Virus record (IMG/VR): IMGVR_UViG_3300045988_111035
Direction: 5' to 3' (one strand)
Origin: a virus
Length of the DNA stretch: 61,812 nucleotides
The notes under the pieces were generated by a model. It did not search any database and was not told the DNA's origin. It saw only the letters and a program-made list of their open reading frames with translations. Shown here one piece after another: positions 51,788 to 60,544 of the stretch. Positions within the stretch are counted from its first letter, which is position 1; every line of letters begins with the position of its first letter. Both the position numbers and the translations under genes were made by a program.

Positions 51788-52537
51788 TTATTTTAACCTA
51801 TAAGGTGGTCTTCCACCACTCCAATCCACCTTTTCATGTCGAAAGTGCTGTCGGGCAAAATCCTTCGACCTACTCGAAACCACCGTCACATTGTCCCCCT
51901 TACTTCTTCCATCACCCAAACGAGATAAAGAATCTAATTTATTGCCATCTTTTTTCTCCCCCTCCTTCTCTCTATCAAAAAATCGTTGACCGACATCAGA
52001 CTTTGCATCAGAATCACCGTCACGATTTGCCAAGTCTCTTTCCAAAAGCACATTTTTAAGTCCGCCGTCTTCATGCCTAGCATCTTCTAAAAACGTGAAA
52101 TCTTTCTTCAATAAAATTTCCTTGACTGCTTGCAAATCAGAAACACCCATGGAGGCATAGTCCATTGCCTTTATGTCAGGAAAATCAGACAACCAACCAG
52201 ACATGACTGCATGAACAAGATAGTTTTGAATCTGATTGGTCAGAAGTCCAGACAATCGAGTTGGCCAATAGGCCAAAGTCTCTATTACCAAACTAAAATC
52301 ATCAGCCAAGGATTGAAGGTCAAACTTTTCCATTGTTGACGCAGAGAAACTAGACAGTTCATTTTCCAAGTCTGTAATGGCTTCCCTATAGTATATGTCA
52401 AGTTTTGGCTCTTCGCTATCACTCGCCCAGATAGTTTCAAAATCCACATCTGGATTATGCGCAGCAATGGTTGTTGTCAACCCCTCGACAACTCCCATTA
52501 CGCTTTTCTTTAATATATTTATTTTTATTGTATTCAT
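51788..52537 (-). CDS. Hypothetical late protein (249 aa)
   Basis: ATG ORF with a 4-nt overlap with the spanin gene. Confidence 0.55.
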   Translation of the reverse strand: MNTIKINILKKSVMGVVEGLTTTIAAHNPDVDFETIWASDSEEPKLDIYYREAITDLENELSSFSASTMEKFDLQSLADDFSLVIETLAYWPTRLSGLLTNQIQNYLVHAVMSGWLSDFPDIKAMDYASMGVSDLQAVKEILLKKDFTFLEDARHEDGGLKNVLLERDLANRDGDSDAKSDVGQRFFDREKEGEKKDGNKLDSLSRLGDGRSKGDNVTVVSSRSKDFARQHFRHEKVDWSGGRPPYRLK

Positions 52538-53106
52538 AAGCTATTTTTACACTTTTTCCAAACAAAGAATACAATTATCGATACTACATACAGGACGATA
52601 GGCACACCCAGCAACTTCTCCAAGGTGTCACACCGTTCCAGGAACGTGGTCACGTTCTTCCTCAACTCGTTGATAGAATCCTTGCTAGCAACCAGTAAGG
52701 AATCCTTGCTAGCTCGCAACTCCTGCAAACTGTCCACCGTCTGCCTCAGCACCGATACAGAATCCCTCAGTTTGGTCGTTTCCTTGCTTTCCTTGTTGGT
52801 CACTTCCGAATGCCAACGCTCGGTCTTTATCGGCTTTCCATCGGCATCCACCGTGGTAGATACGCTGTCCTTCACTTGGCTCATCTCCCTCACGCTCGCC
52901 TCACGTAGGCTGCTCTGGTATCTCGCCATCTGCTCGAACGCTTGGATGAAACGGCTCTGCAAGGTCGTGTCTGTGTGGCTGCTGGTTCGGTCGTAGGCTA
53001 CATATCTGTCCATCGCCACAGTCCGTGTCCTGCAACTCGTAAGGAACAGGATGAACAGGAACATCATCCATATTCCAATATAGTATATGATATGTCTCAG
53101 TCTCAT
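52534..53106 (-). CDS. Unimolecular spanin candidate (N-terminal lipoprotein signal + C-terminal TM)
   Basis: The lipobox FLTSC follows a hydrophobic leader. The middle is coiled-coil and the C-terminus is VPIVLYVVSIIVFFVW. It lies immediately downstream of the endolysin. Confidence 0.5.
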   Translation of the reverse strand: MRLRHIIYYIGIWMMFLFILFLTSCRTRTVAMDRYVAYDRTSSHTDTTLQSRFIQAFEQMARYQSSLREASVREMSQVKDSVSTTVDADGKPIKTERWHSEVTNKESKETTKLRDSVSVLRQTVDSLQELRASKDSLLVASKDSINELRKNVTTFLERCDTLEKLLGVPIVLYVVSIIVFFVWKKCKNSL

Positions 53107-53630
53107 GCTATTCCCAATGTTTTCTTTGCCCTTTCAAGATATTTCTTTCTGTCCTCCAGACCATTGTAACCACCATTTATCTTTCGTGTCACCTTGCGTA
53201 TATCGTTCTGGTCTGCAAGCTCGTTGCAGCCGTGCGTGCACCAGTACCACATGGATGAGCGAACCGCCCCGAGGGGTCTCTCGAGTAGTTCGGGGTTGCT
53301 TACAACGTCAAAGCCGCAATATCGGGCATATGCCTGATAATTGGCACAACCTGTTATCTGTATCAACCCACGCCCCTTGTAGCGCACGCCATCGCCCTTG
53401 TGGGTGTTCCCTAGGTCGGCACGCCACTCGTATGCCTTTCCACTCGCTATCTCCTTTGTATATCGTAACTCTTCGCTCTCATGGGCTATCTGAGCCAAGT
53501 AGTGAGCCATGCGCAAGGGCGTTGTGATTCCAAACTCCTTGGCATAGCCGTTGATGTAACCGATGTATTGCTCTGCCCTGCTCTTGGCATTAGGCATTAT
53601 TGCCGTCAGGTGTTCCTTCGTTATCGTCAT
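53103..53630 (-). CDS. Endolysin, glycoside hydrolase family 19 (chitinase-like)
   Basis: AHYLAQIAHESEEL, YKGRGLIQITGCANY and KINGGYNGLEDR are GH19 hallmark segments. Confidence 0.85.
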   Translation of the reverse strand: MTITKEHLTAIMPNAKSRAEQYIGYINGYAKEFGITTPLRMAHYLAQIAHESEELRYTKEIASGKAYEWRADLGNTHKGDGVRYKGRGLIQITGCANYQAYARYCGFDVVSNPELLERPLGAVRSSMWYWCTHGCNELADQNDIRKVTRKINGGYNGLEDRKKYLERAKKTLGIA

Positions 53631-54111
53631 GGTTCTCTGTGTTTGGTTTGTCGTTCGATTCCTTTCTCTTGTACTCCTGGTAACTCTTGAAATACGGTAT
53701 GTCCTCTATGAACTTCGCCGACAAGATGTAATACAGGAAGTCAACCAACTTGTACCATGTAGAGTCAGGCTTCAAGATGTTGCGCCAGTTCCGCAAGATG
53801 TTCGTACCGAAGAAGTATGTGGTCGCCCAACATACATATTGCACGGCACTCACCGCCCTATCGTCACAGTGCAGCCACTTGCCAATAACAAAGATGCTCA
53901 CCACTATCACGAAGAACACGGCGGCAAAGATGAAGCACATCCCTGCCTTCTTCCAATCCCACTTCTCGCCATTGAGCCGTGCAGCCACAAGGCCGAATAT
54001 AAAATTCAGCCCCAGGAGCAACAGCATGGCAAAGATAAAGTCCATGATGGGGCTTAGCATGGCAAGCACCGCCCCAATCGCCATTACGACATAACTACGA
54101 ATATCATTCAT
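53590..54111 (-). CDS. Holin candidate
   Basis: 173 aa with 3-4 TM helices and a charged C-terminal tail. It overlaps the endolysin start and is the first gene after promoter unit 5. Confidence 0.55.
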   Translation of the reverse strand: MNDIRSYVVMAIGAVLAMLSPIMDFIFAMLLLLGLNFIFGLVAARLNGEKWDWKKAGMCFIFAAVFFVIVVSIFVIGKWLHCDDRAVSAVQYVCWATTYFFGTNILRNWRNILKPDSTWYKLVDFLYYILSAKFIEDIPYFKSYQEYKRKESNDKPNTENHDDNEGTPDGNNA

Positions 54112-54155
54112 ACCTTCTTGTTTTGTTACGTACCCACTCCGTTGTGGTCACAATG

Positions 54156-54200
54156 CAAATATAGCGGATTATCCACTCCCATTTGTGATAATTTGCGCAA
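54156..54200 (-). promoter_or_regulatory. Late-type promoter unit 5: TTGCGCAA core (54193..54200) + 29 nt + TATATTTG (54163..54156)
   Basis: GAGTTGCGCAAATTATC lies on the minus strand with a perfect -7 box, 44 nt upstream of the holin ATG. Confidence 0.65.
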
Positions 54201-54214
54201 CTCATGACGAAAAA

Positions 54215-54247
54215 GGGAACGCAAGCCCTTCCCATGGCTGCGTTCCC
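54215..54247 (-). terminator. Strong hairpin between 54292..54786 and the lysis-cassette promoter
   Basis: GGGAACGCA/TGCGTTCCC (9 bp) plus an inner GCC/GGC with an 8-nt loop. Confidence 0.6.
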
Positions 54248-54291
54248 ATTCGATAGTCTTCTTATTCTGTCCTTTAGGTGTTATGGTTATC

Positions 54292-54786
54292 TCACTTGTG
54301 GTTGAAGTAGCCCCACGCCTTGCAGTTGCCGTATGGGTTATCATCGTCATTGAGCCAACTGACCGCCATGTCAACCACCTTGTCGGTCATCTGCTCGTCC
54401 GTGGCTTCTGGAAACCACTTGCTCAGCAGATTGTGGTTGTCGCTATAGACCATGTTCAGCACCACGGCGAAGTCGTGTTGGTTATATGGGCGCACCTCGT
54501 CCTTCACGGTCTCGTATATCTCCAATGTCCTTGCATCGGTGAAGTACGGCGCATGTCGTTCCACTCCCTTCTCGTCCTCAAATCGCATGTTCTTGATTTG
54601 AGCCTCGGCGAAGTAGTCGTTGAAGTGTCCGTTGCCGACCACTCCGTAAATGTCCTTGTACAGCTTTAGCAATTCATCCTCCGTGGCGTGTATCGCCACG
54701 AACTCGCCGATTACCTTGGTCACGGCCAACATCTGTTCGTCCGTTGCGTCGGCTTGGTATTTCTTGATTAGCTCCAATAAGTTCAT
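54292..54786 (-). CDS. Hypothetical late protein (164 aa)
   Basis: The start is set at MNLLELIKKYQ (ATG at 54786). The upstream part of ORF 54292..54957 overlaps the preceding gene. Confidence 0.5.
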   Translation of the reverse strand: MNLLELIKKYQADATDEQMLAVTKVIGEFVAIHATEDELLKLYKDIYGVVGNGHFNDYFAEAQIKNMRFEDEKGVERHAPYFTDARTLEIYETVKDEVRPYNQHDFAVVLNMVYSDNHNLLSKWFPEATDEQMTDKVVDMAVSWLNDDDNPYGNCKAWGYFNHK

Positions 54787-54790
54787 AGTC

Positions 54791-55285
54791 TTACGTTTTT
54801 GATTTGACAAATTTGAGGAGCTCTGCCATTCCCTCCTCCAACTTCGACAATCTCTTGTCGGTTGCCTGTTGCTCACGAAACGAGGTGTCGAGCGTTTCCA
54901 ACAGTTTGTTGCAGTCCTCCACGGTCTTCTCAAACTCTGGCACCTTGCCAAGCACATCCTCAGCCTGCGTCTTTAATGCGTTCACCTCATTGATGATGTT
55001 CTCCTTGCTACAGGAGATGACCAAGGTGTTGTGGTACGCCGATTGCTCCGTATCTACGACCAAGTAGGTGTTTTGGTTGCCGTCCTCCGTCTGTACGCAA
55101 ACATCTACATACAACTTGTTGTAGTTCGGCATCCCTGGCATGGGTGGCATCATGCTAGGCTTCTTGGTGGTGTCCATGTCGGGGTGAGGTGGGCTTACGC
55201 TCATCACCTTGCCCTGCTTATATTGTCGGGTCGCCCTATCAAACAGATGGACAGGGAAACCGCTCTTCAAGTCCTTGAATAACAT
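54791..55285 (-). CDS. Hypothetical late protein (164 aa) with C-terminal coiled coil
   Basis: ATG ORF with tight packing. Confidence 0.5.
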   Translation of the reverse strand: MLFKDLKSGFPVHLFDRATRQYKQGKVMSVSPPHPDMDTTKKPSMMPPMPGMPNYNKLYVDVCVQTEDGNQNTYLVVDTEQSAYHNTLVISCSKENIINEVNALKTQAEDVLGKVPEFEKTVEDCNKLLETLDTSFREQQATDKRLSKLEEGMAELLKFVKSKT

Positions 55286-55361
55286 AGTCTTCTATTTTTA
55301 AGTTGTGATTCGGCGAGGGAAACGGTAGCCTCAACACCACCATTTCCCCCTATGTTCGATA

Positions 55362-55799
55362 CTAAGCTGTAGTCAATGCTACTGTTAGGGAATCGTGTAT
55401 GTCAAGCACACGTGCCTTGCCACACACCACATCGTTCGCCTGTTGCATCCTGCCGACACTGGTGATTGTCACCGCCGTAGGAAGTGCCGTCTGACCTTGG
55501 AAAGCCGCCACGAACCGCTCTGAGTAAATCATCGGTTGCGCCCTCGTCACGTTGCGCACGCTTGTTGGCGTTATGATGGATATGGTCGCCACGATTGGAA
55601 CAAACACGGTCGTTCCGTTTAAATAAGGGGTCTCATACCTGTACGTGATGGTCGCCTGAGGTTGTACGGTCGATGTCACACAGAATGGTCGGCAAAGTCT
55701 CTCGCTGAAAGTCGCCAAAACTGAAACTTGGTTTGCTACCAACGCTGTAGCAGACAAACCTACTGGAGATATTTTGTTCATACTACGCTTCTGTTTCAT
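55362..55799 (-). CDS. Hypothetical beta-rich late protein (145 aa)
   Basis: ORF 6 nt downstream of the Cys-rich gene. Confidence 0.5.
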   Translation of the reverse strand: MKQKRSMNKISPVGLSATALVANQVSVLATFSERLCRPFCVTSTVQPQATITYRYETPYLNGTTVFVPIVATISIITPTSVRNVTRAQPMIYSERFVAAFQGQTALPTAVTITSVGRMQQANDVVCGKARVLDIHDSLTVALTTA

Positions 55800-55805
55800 A
55801 CGACA

Positions 55806-56672
55806 TTACTGATAACCGCCTCCCATGGCTGCGCCACATCCACAACCGCCGTTATAGAGGTTGTACATGAAAAGGTTCTGCTGCAACTGGGAGTTCTTAA
55901 ACTTCAAGTCCTGAATCTCGTCGGCTTGCTCCTGTCTCCAATGACCGTTCAAGGTATCGATGATTCGCTGTGCGTTATTCTCACCTGCACGGATGATGTC
56001 ACACTTGTCGGTGCTCATCTGATAGCCAAGACTCGATGCCGCTCTCTCGACACTTCTATTGTTGAAGTCGAAGCCTCGCTGCATGTTGTTGATGATGTCC
56101 TTCTGCCCTAGCTGGTTCTCGTACCCCATCTTGATAATCTGCTGTTGCGTTTGGCAGCAACAGTCCTTCAAGTTCTGAATGAGGTTCAAGTTACCACGCT
56201 CCACGGCGTTGATGACACGTTCTGCGCTGAACCCTACCTGACCGCCTACCTGCTGAATTGCAGCTTGGATGCCACAGACGGAAGTCTGCAAGGCGTTGAA
56301 GTCACAGTTCAAGTTGCTGGCAAGCATCTTCAAGTCGTTGCCGTTGCCTTGGATGGCACCCATCAACAAGTTACTGTTCTGGTTGTCAGCCATCTGGTTG
56401 CGAAGGCTCTCTATCTGGCTCTGAATCTCCGCACGTTGAACGTCTGCGCCGTTGTCACGGTTGTTCCAGTTGTCACCGTACATCCATTTCATCACGCCCA
56501 TCATCATCATGTAGGCAAATGGATTGTTCCACATGTCGGCATCGTCACGGTCACGCATAGCCGCCATCAATGCCAAAGGGTCATTGTTGTTGCGATTTGC
56601 CATCGCTCCTAGCATACCACCCATCATTGCGTCATTGCAACAGGAAGTGGTCTTGATTACTTCTTCTGCCAT
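55806..56672 (-). CDS. Cys/Met/Asn/Gly-rich protein of unknown function (288 aa)
   Basis: The start is set at MAEEVIKTTSCCNDAMMGGM (ATG at 56672). It contains CC, CCC and GGCGCG clusters and ends ..LYNGGCGCGAAMGGGYQ. Confidence 0.55.
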   Translation of the reverse strand: MAEEVIKTTSCCNDAMMGGMLGAMANRNNNDPLALMAAMRDRDDADMWNNPFAYMMMMGVMKWMYGDNWNNRDNGADVQRAEIQSQIESLRNQMADNQNSNLLMGAIQGNGNDLKMLASNLNCDFNALQTSVCGIQAAIQQVGGQVGFSAERVINAVERGNLNLIQNLKDCCCQTQQQIIKMGYENQLGQKDIINNMQRGFDFNNRSVERAASSLGYQMSTDKCDIIRAGENNAQRIIDTLNGHWRQEQADEIQDLKFKNSQLQQNLFMYNLYNGGCGCGAAMGGGYQ

Positions 56673-56856
56673 AATTCCTAAAGAATAAAAAGTTAAACAA
56701 TAATGATAACACACATGTAACCGATTACGACGGCAAAATTAAGGAATAAATAGCAACATGATGATAACTTACCCAAAGATTGTTTAACTCACAGATTATC
56801 AGAACCTAGCGATTTCGTTAAACGGCGAAGCCAAAAGCCTCAACTACAAAATATAA

Positions 56857-56879
56857 GGGAAGTCCACCAAGAACTTCCC
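56857..56879 (-). terminator. Hairpin after 56901..57275
   Basis: GGGAAGT/ACTTCCC forms a 7-bp stem with a 9-nt loop. Confidence 0.5.
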
Positions 56880-56900
56880 CTATCCTACATTTATTTCTCC

Positions 56901-57275
56901 TTACAACAAGCCATATTTCTTCGCTTGCTTGCGAAAGAATCGCTTCTTGTTGGCGATATACTCTATCAAGGCACGATTCCAACGCTGGGCATGCCCATGC
57001 TTCTCCTCCATGCCTTGCGGTATCGTTCCGTCTGCCACATATTTCTCCACCATGCGAGGAGACTTGCCTAATATCTCAGCCACCATGCCCTTGTTGATTG
57101 TTCCATCGTTCAACATGGCTAGTTGCAACACCATCAATTCCATGTCAACGCCCTTGATTCCACAACTACGTGGCTCGCCATTGTCTATGGCGTTAGCCTC
57201 TGCCTCGGCTTGGTCTGCCAAAGTCCGAAGGCTCGCTGCCACTATCCTATATTCGCTTGATTCCAACATAGACAT
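56901..57275 (-). CDS. HTH DNA-binding protein (regulator candidate)
   Basis: GMVAEILGKSPRMVEKYVADGTIP is HTH-like. 124 aa. Confidence 0.45.
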   Translation of the reverse strand: MSMLESSEYRIVAASLRTLADQAEAEANAIDNGEPRSCGIKGVDMELMVLQLAMLNDGTINKGMVAEILGKSPRMVEKYVADGTIPQGMEEKHGHAQRWNRALIEYIANKKRFFRKQAKKYGLL

Positions 57276-57687
57276 ACAATAATAAGGTTAGACCAATGAG
57301 GATGAAATCGAAATAAACCATATCCATGGTGATAATGATGGAGTCATAGAAAAGATGCTCCACGTTAAGTGAGAAAAGATACACCATAGGTATCTTCCAT
57401 CGGAAACAAAGCTCATGGGTGACCGCCTTATCCCACATGTAATAAGGCAGGAATATGTATGCGATGGTATAGAACCACATCACGCAAAACTCATTATCAC
57501 GGTAGTCCATGAATATCTCCCTAGGGTTTGAATAAAAGTCAAACGTGCCATACCATCTTACCAACATGACTATGACTGGCAACCACTTGGCTTTCCACAA
57601 AGAGTTTTCAACTCTCTTTCTCCGACCGCCAAAGCTCATTATGCGATGCAATGCGGTCTTGATTTCTTTTTCGTCATCTTTTTTCAT
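57247..57687 (-). CDS. Membrane protein (146 aa)
   Basis: Four hydrophobic, aromatic-rich segments. Confidence 0.5.
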   Translation of the reverse strand: MKKDDEKEIKTALHRIMSFGGRRKRVENSLWKAKWLPVIVMLVRWYGTFDFYSNPREIFMDYRDNEFCVMWFYTIAYIFLPYYMWDKAVTHELCFRWKIPMVYLFSLNVEHLFYDSIIITMDMVYFDFILIGLTLLLYVYVGIKRI

Positions 57688-57935
57688 TACTGTTCTTCAT
57701 GTTTAACTTATACAATGTTATTATTACGAATGACGCAAACGTACAAAATTATTCATTATCATGCAAGTATTCTGCAAAATTATAGCGTTAAACTATACTA
57801 ACAGTTACAATTTATCACAAAATGGGGGGGTAAATTTTGGTTATTCTTACAATCTGAAAGTAAAATCACAGACAAAACCAATATGCAAAGAGGTGACAAT
57901 GAAACAAAATCCACCATCACCTCATATCCTTTCCA

Positions 57936-58538
57936 TCATATCCACTTAATAACGGTATTACCTTGATACTCCTTATTCCATACAAACCACGCATAACTTA
58001 CTGCGCTTCCTCCACCATCCTTCATCCTCTGAAACTCTCCGTTCTTCGCACAGAGCACCCTTCTGGAAAATTGCAGAACATAATGAGGCGGATTCTTGCT
58101 GAACAGCTCATCATATCTCTTCTGTCCTTCCAAAAAGGTGGTCTTTAGAAACATGATGCAAAGACCATTTTCTGGAAGAAGGTCTAGACTATGCTTGATG
58201 AAGTCCAGGGCATACTTGTATGGCGGATTGGTAAGGATGCAAGTACACCCATTTGGCATTTCCTCTGTTTTCAAGAAGTCTCTTATCCCCCCATATCCCC
58301 TGTTTACAAGGTCGGTGGATATTACTTCATGCCCGAAGTGTTTCAGTCGCTCCGACAAGCAACCTGTGCCACAAGCGCACTCCCATATCTTGTGAGGAAG
58401 TGACATGACACCTACCAACTTGTCTATGGCTATAGGGTCGGTAGCGTAAAAGTCATTGCTCTAACGCTCCTTGTCCGTGTGGTTGGATGCTCCCAACGTC
58501 ACGAACATACTCTTTCCGTTTCCAGTCCAATCTTTCAT
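57936..58538 (-). pseudogene. N6-adenine DNA methyltransferase (NPPY) with an in-frame TAG at 58463..58461
   Basis: The ATG is at 58538. The translation is MKDWTGNGKSMFVTLGASNHTDKER*SNDFYATDPIAIDKLVGV.. and then IWECACGTG (SAM site) and TNPPYKY. The 25 codons upstream of the stop match the conserved N-terminus of this phage MTase family (from memory). Confidence 0.75.
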
Positions 58539-58581
58539 ACTGTTGTTTTTTAGAAAATTTGAAAGTTAACTAACAATATGC

Positions 58582-59199
58582 TTACCTTATGTCTATGAAG
58601 TCCACAAACAAGCAATCCTTATCCGTACCCTTTCGGAAGTTCCTCTTATTGTTCAACCTAGCATACAACCAAGGAAACAAGTCATCAAGGACTGCCAAGA
58701 AACGGCTGTCAGACTCGAAGAGGGAAGTGGTAGATGAATACTTATCATCGAGGGTTGGCTCTGCACCCTTGAAATGATAGAGAACTTTCCAATCATACTT
58801 TCTGTTGCCACCAAAGAAACGAATGCGTTGAAAATGGCACTCCCAGATGCCACAGAGATTTTTAAACTGTTCCTCCTTCAACGTTACCTGCTTGTCTTTC
58901 TTGGTGAAATTGTCCTCCTCTAGGATTATCCTCACATAACAATCCCCCTTGCCATTGAGATACTGCAAGAAATCCACCACGAAAGTTGTGCTTGACTTGA
59001 ACGCCATCAAGCCATGCCTGACTTCCATATTGAGGTTGTCATCAAGCCATACCCTTAGGTCGAAGAGTCTCACTCCGTATTTCTCGTATTGCTCCATATA
59101 GTTTACTCCCTGGCACCTAGCCATGAAGTGAAAGGGCACTTGCCACCACTTCCTTGGTCTTAGGTATGTAAGGGAGTTGTGTGAACCTAGCATCGTCAT
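58582..59199 (-). CDS. PI-PLC X-domain-like phosphodiesterase
   Basis: LGSHNSLTY and GVRLFDLRVWLDDNLNMEVRHG match the catalytic His motifs and the R.lDlRv...HG pattern of PLC-like phosphodiesterases. Confidence 0.55.
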   Translation of the reverse strand: MTMLGSHNSLTYLRPRKWWQVPFHFMARCQGVNYMEQYEKYGVRLFDLRVWLDDNLNMEVRHGLMAFKSSTTFVVDFLQYLNGKGDCYVRIILEEDNFTKKDKQVTLKEEQFKNLCGIWECHFQRIRFFGGNRKYDWKVLYHFKGAEPTLDDKYSSTTSLFESDSRFLAVLDDLFPWLYARLNNKRNFRKGTDKDCLFVDFIDIR

Positions 59200-60485
59200 A
59201 CTATACTAAAACCACCCGAGCCTTCCTGAACACTATTGGTACAATAGAAAGCACCATTATAGTAGATAAACCTCGCACTGCCAACGCTGCTTGAAATACC
59301 GACACTGTGATTTTGCTCTGATCCGTAGAAAATGTAACCACTGAAAGAAGCACTACATCCGCTGCCAACCGGTAGCACTTCCACGATGTCTCCGTCTTCG
59401 TATGTACCACCACTTAGGTTTATGTCTCCATGACCGCCTCCAGTGTTGATAACGACAAGGTGGCTGTAATGCCCTATGCCCGCAGGAAGGCTTCCGTTAC
59501 AAACCATCGGTTTCGTTGCAGTACTGTTAAGTTTGGTTTTATCGGATGCTGTCATAAGACCAGCACTTGATGTAGTAGCACCATCAAAAAATACTACATA
59601 AGGTTTAGGTTGTGATACTTTATATATATTCATAACACCACTATCCGCACCTACTTTAAATTCCATATATTCTATGGTATCTATCTTCCTGGCAAGGGTG
59701 TTTGCGTTAAGAACAGAGCCGTCTGCCACAAGCAACTGATTGGATGTGCCATCATTCTTGATGATACGAGAGGCATAAATATCTACACATGAAAAATCAT
59801 TGCCATCAAGGTCAAGTGAAGTTGTCAAATAAAGTTTTATGTTTTCTTCATCAAATTGAACATAATCAAAAGGAAACTTGTCTATATTTTCTTGTATGGT
59901 CTTAATGACTTCTTGCACTGACTTCACTTTTTTATTTAGTTGCGTACCATTACTGTCTGTAAAAAGATTAGTGCCATCATATCCACCAAGACCAATAAGG
60001 TATTTGCAGCCGTTATTTTCATTATCCACCACAGAATCGCCCGATAGATTACAATAGATTTCCTCAGCGTTTTTTCTACTATAGCCACCACTTCCTATAC
60101 CAATTTGATGAATCGTATGTTTTGAAGGTTTGTTGTAAGCCCCTTGTGCATGTGAGGCAAAACCATTTGCTATAGTATCAGCACCTTCTGAATGTGAAGA
60201 ATTTCCACTTGCAGAAGTGTTTTCACCCTCGGAATGTGAGCAGTTGCCATTTGCATTACTATTACTACCCTCAGCATGAGAATAGTCACCATTTGCTTTA
60301 CTAAACAAACCTTCTGCAAAAGAACCTACTCCTTTTGCATTGCAGCTATTCATCTGCAAGCTATTGTCTCCACTTCCTTTGCTCAACAACGATGAAAGAA
60401 GGAATTTCTCATTACACCATTTCTTCAACGTACCCACTACCTTGGTAAGTCCTGCCGCATCTAAAAATTTACTCATAATCTTCAA
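59196..60485 (-). CDS. Tail fibre protein with YadA/Hep_Hag-like head repeats
   Basis: The N-terminus is FLDAAGLTKVVGTLKKW. The repeats SFAEG..SHAEG..SHSEG..SHSEG..SHAQG lie at 60132..60353. The motif AGLMTASDKTKLN lies at 59527..59565. Confidence 0.6.
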   Translation of the reverse strand: MKIMSKFLDAAGLTKVVGTLKKWCNEKFLLSSLLSKGSGDNSLQMNSCNAKGVGSFAEGLFSKANGDYSHAEGSNSNANGNCSHSEGENTSASGNSSHSEGADTIANGFASHAQGAYNKPSKHTIHQIGIGSGGYSRKNAEEIYCNLSGDSVVDNENNGCKYLIGLGGYDGTNLFTDSNGTQLNKKVKSVQEVIKTIQENIDKFPFDYVQFDEENIKLYLTTSLDLDGNDFSCVDIYASRIIKNDGTSNQLLVADGSVLNANTLARKIDTIEYMEFKVGADSGVMNIYKVSQPKPYVVFFDGATTSSAGLMTASDKTKLNSTATKPMVCNGSLPAGIGHYSHLVVINTGGGHGDINLSGGTYEDGDIVEVLPVGSGCSASFSGYIFYGSEQNHSVGISSSVGSARFIYYNGAFYCTNSVQEGSGGFSIV

Positions 60486-60544
60486 ATTTTAAAATAAATC
60501 CTCCCCTTATGTTGCAAAGAGGAGGACAAATGAAACAATTTGTT

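Noticed and set aside
56734-56786. A sixth late-type promoter unit upstream of the Cys-rich gene (minus strand: CTTTGGGTAAGTTATC...TAATTTTG)
   Set aside because: The -7 box TAATTTTG (56741..56734) is perfect. However, the upstream element matches the core plus flank at only 11/16 positions, and the spacing is 2 nt shorter. This is too degenerate to call with the others.
57803-57840. Plus-strand relic of the late-promoter flank (CAGTTACAATTTATCACAAAATGGGGGGG versus site 5 GAGTTGCGCAAATTATCACAAATGGGAG) pointing antisense into the N6-MTase gene
   Set aside because: The core is broken (TTACAA instead of TTGCGCAA). No -7 box lies at the canonical 29-nt distance, and no plus-strand gene follows. 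It is probably a decayed copy, so an antisense-RNA role is pure speculation.
57936-58538. Genome-wide TAG (or TAA) stop-codon reassignment, suggested by in-frame stops in the MTase (58461..58463) and the minigene (41362..41364)
   Set aside because: TAG terminates well-supported genes (rhomboid-like 5296..5298; portal 8136..8138). The 5,596-codon ORF and all other core genes are intact under the standard code. No suppressor tRNA was found. The isolated lesions are more parsimoniously explained as nonsense mutations.
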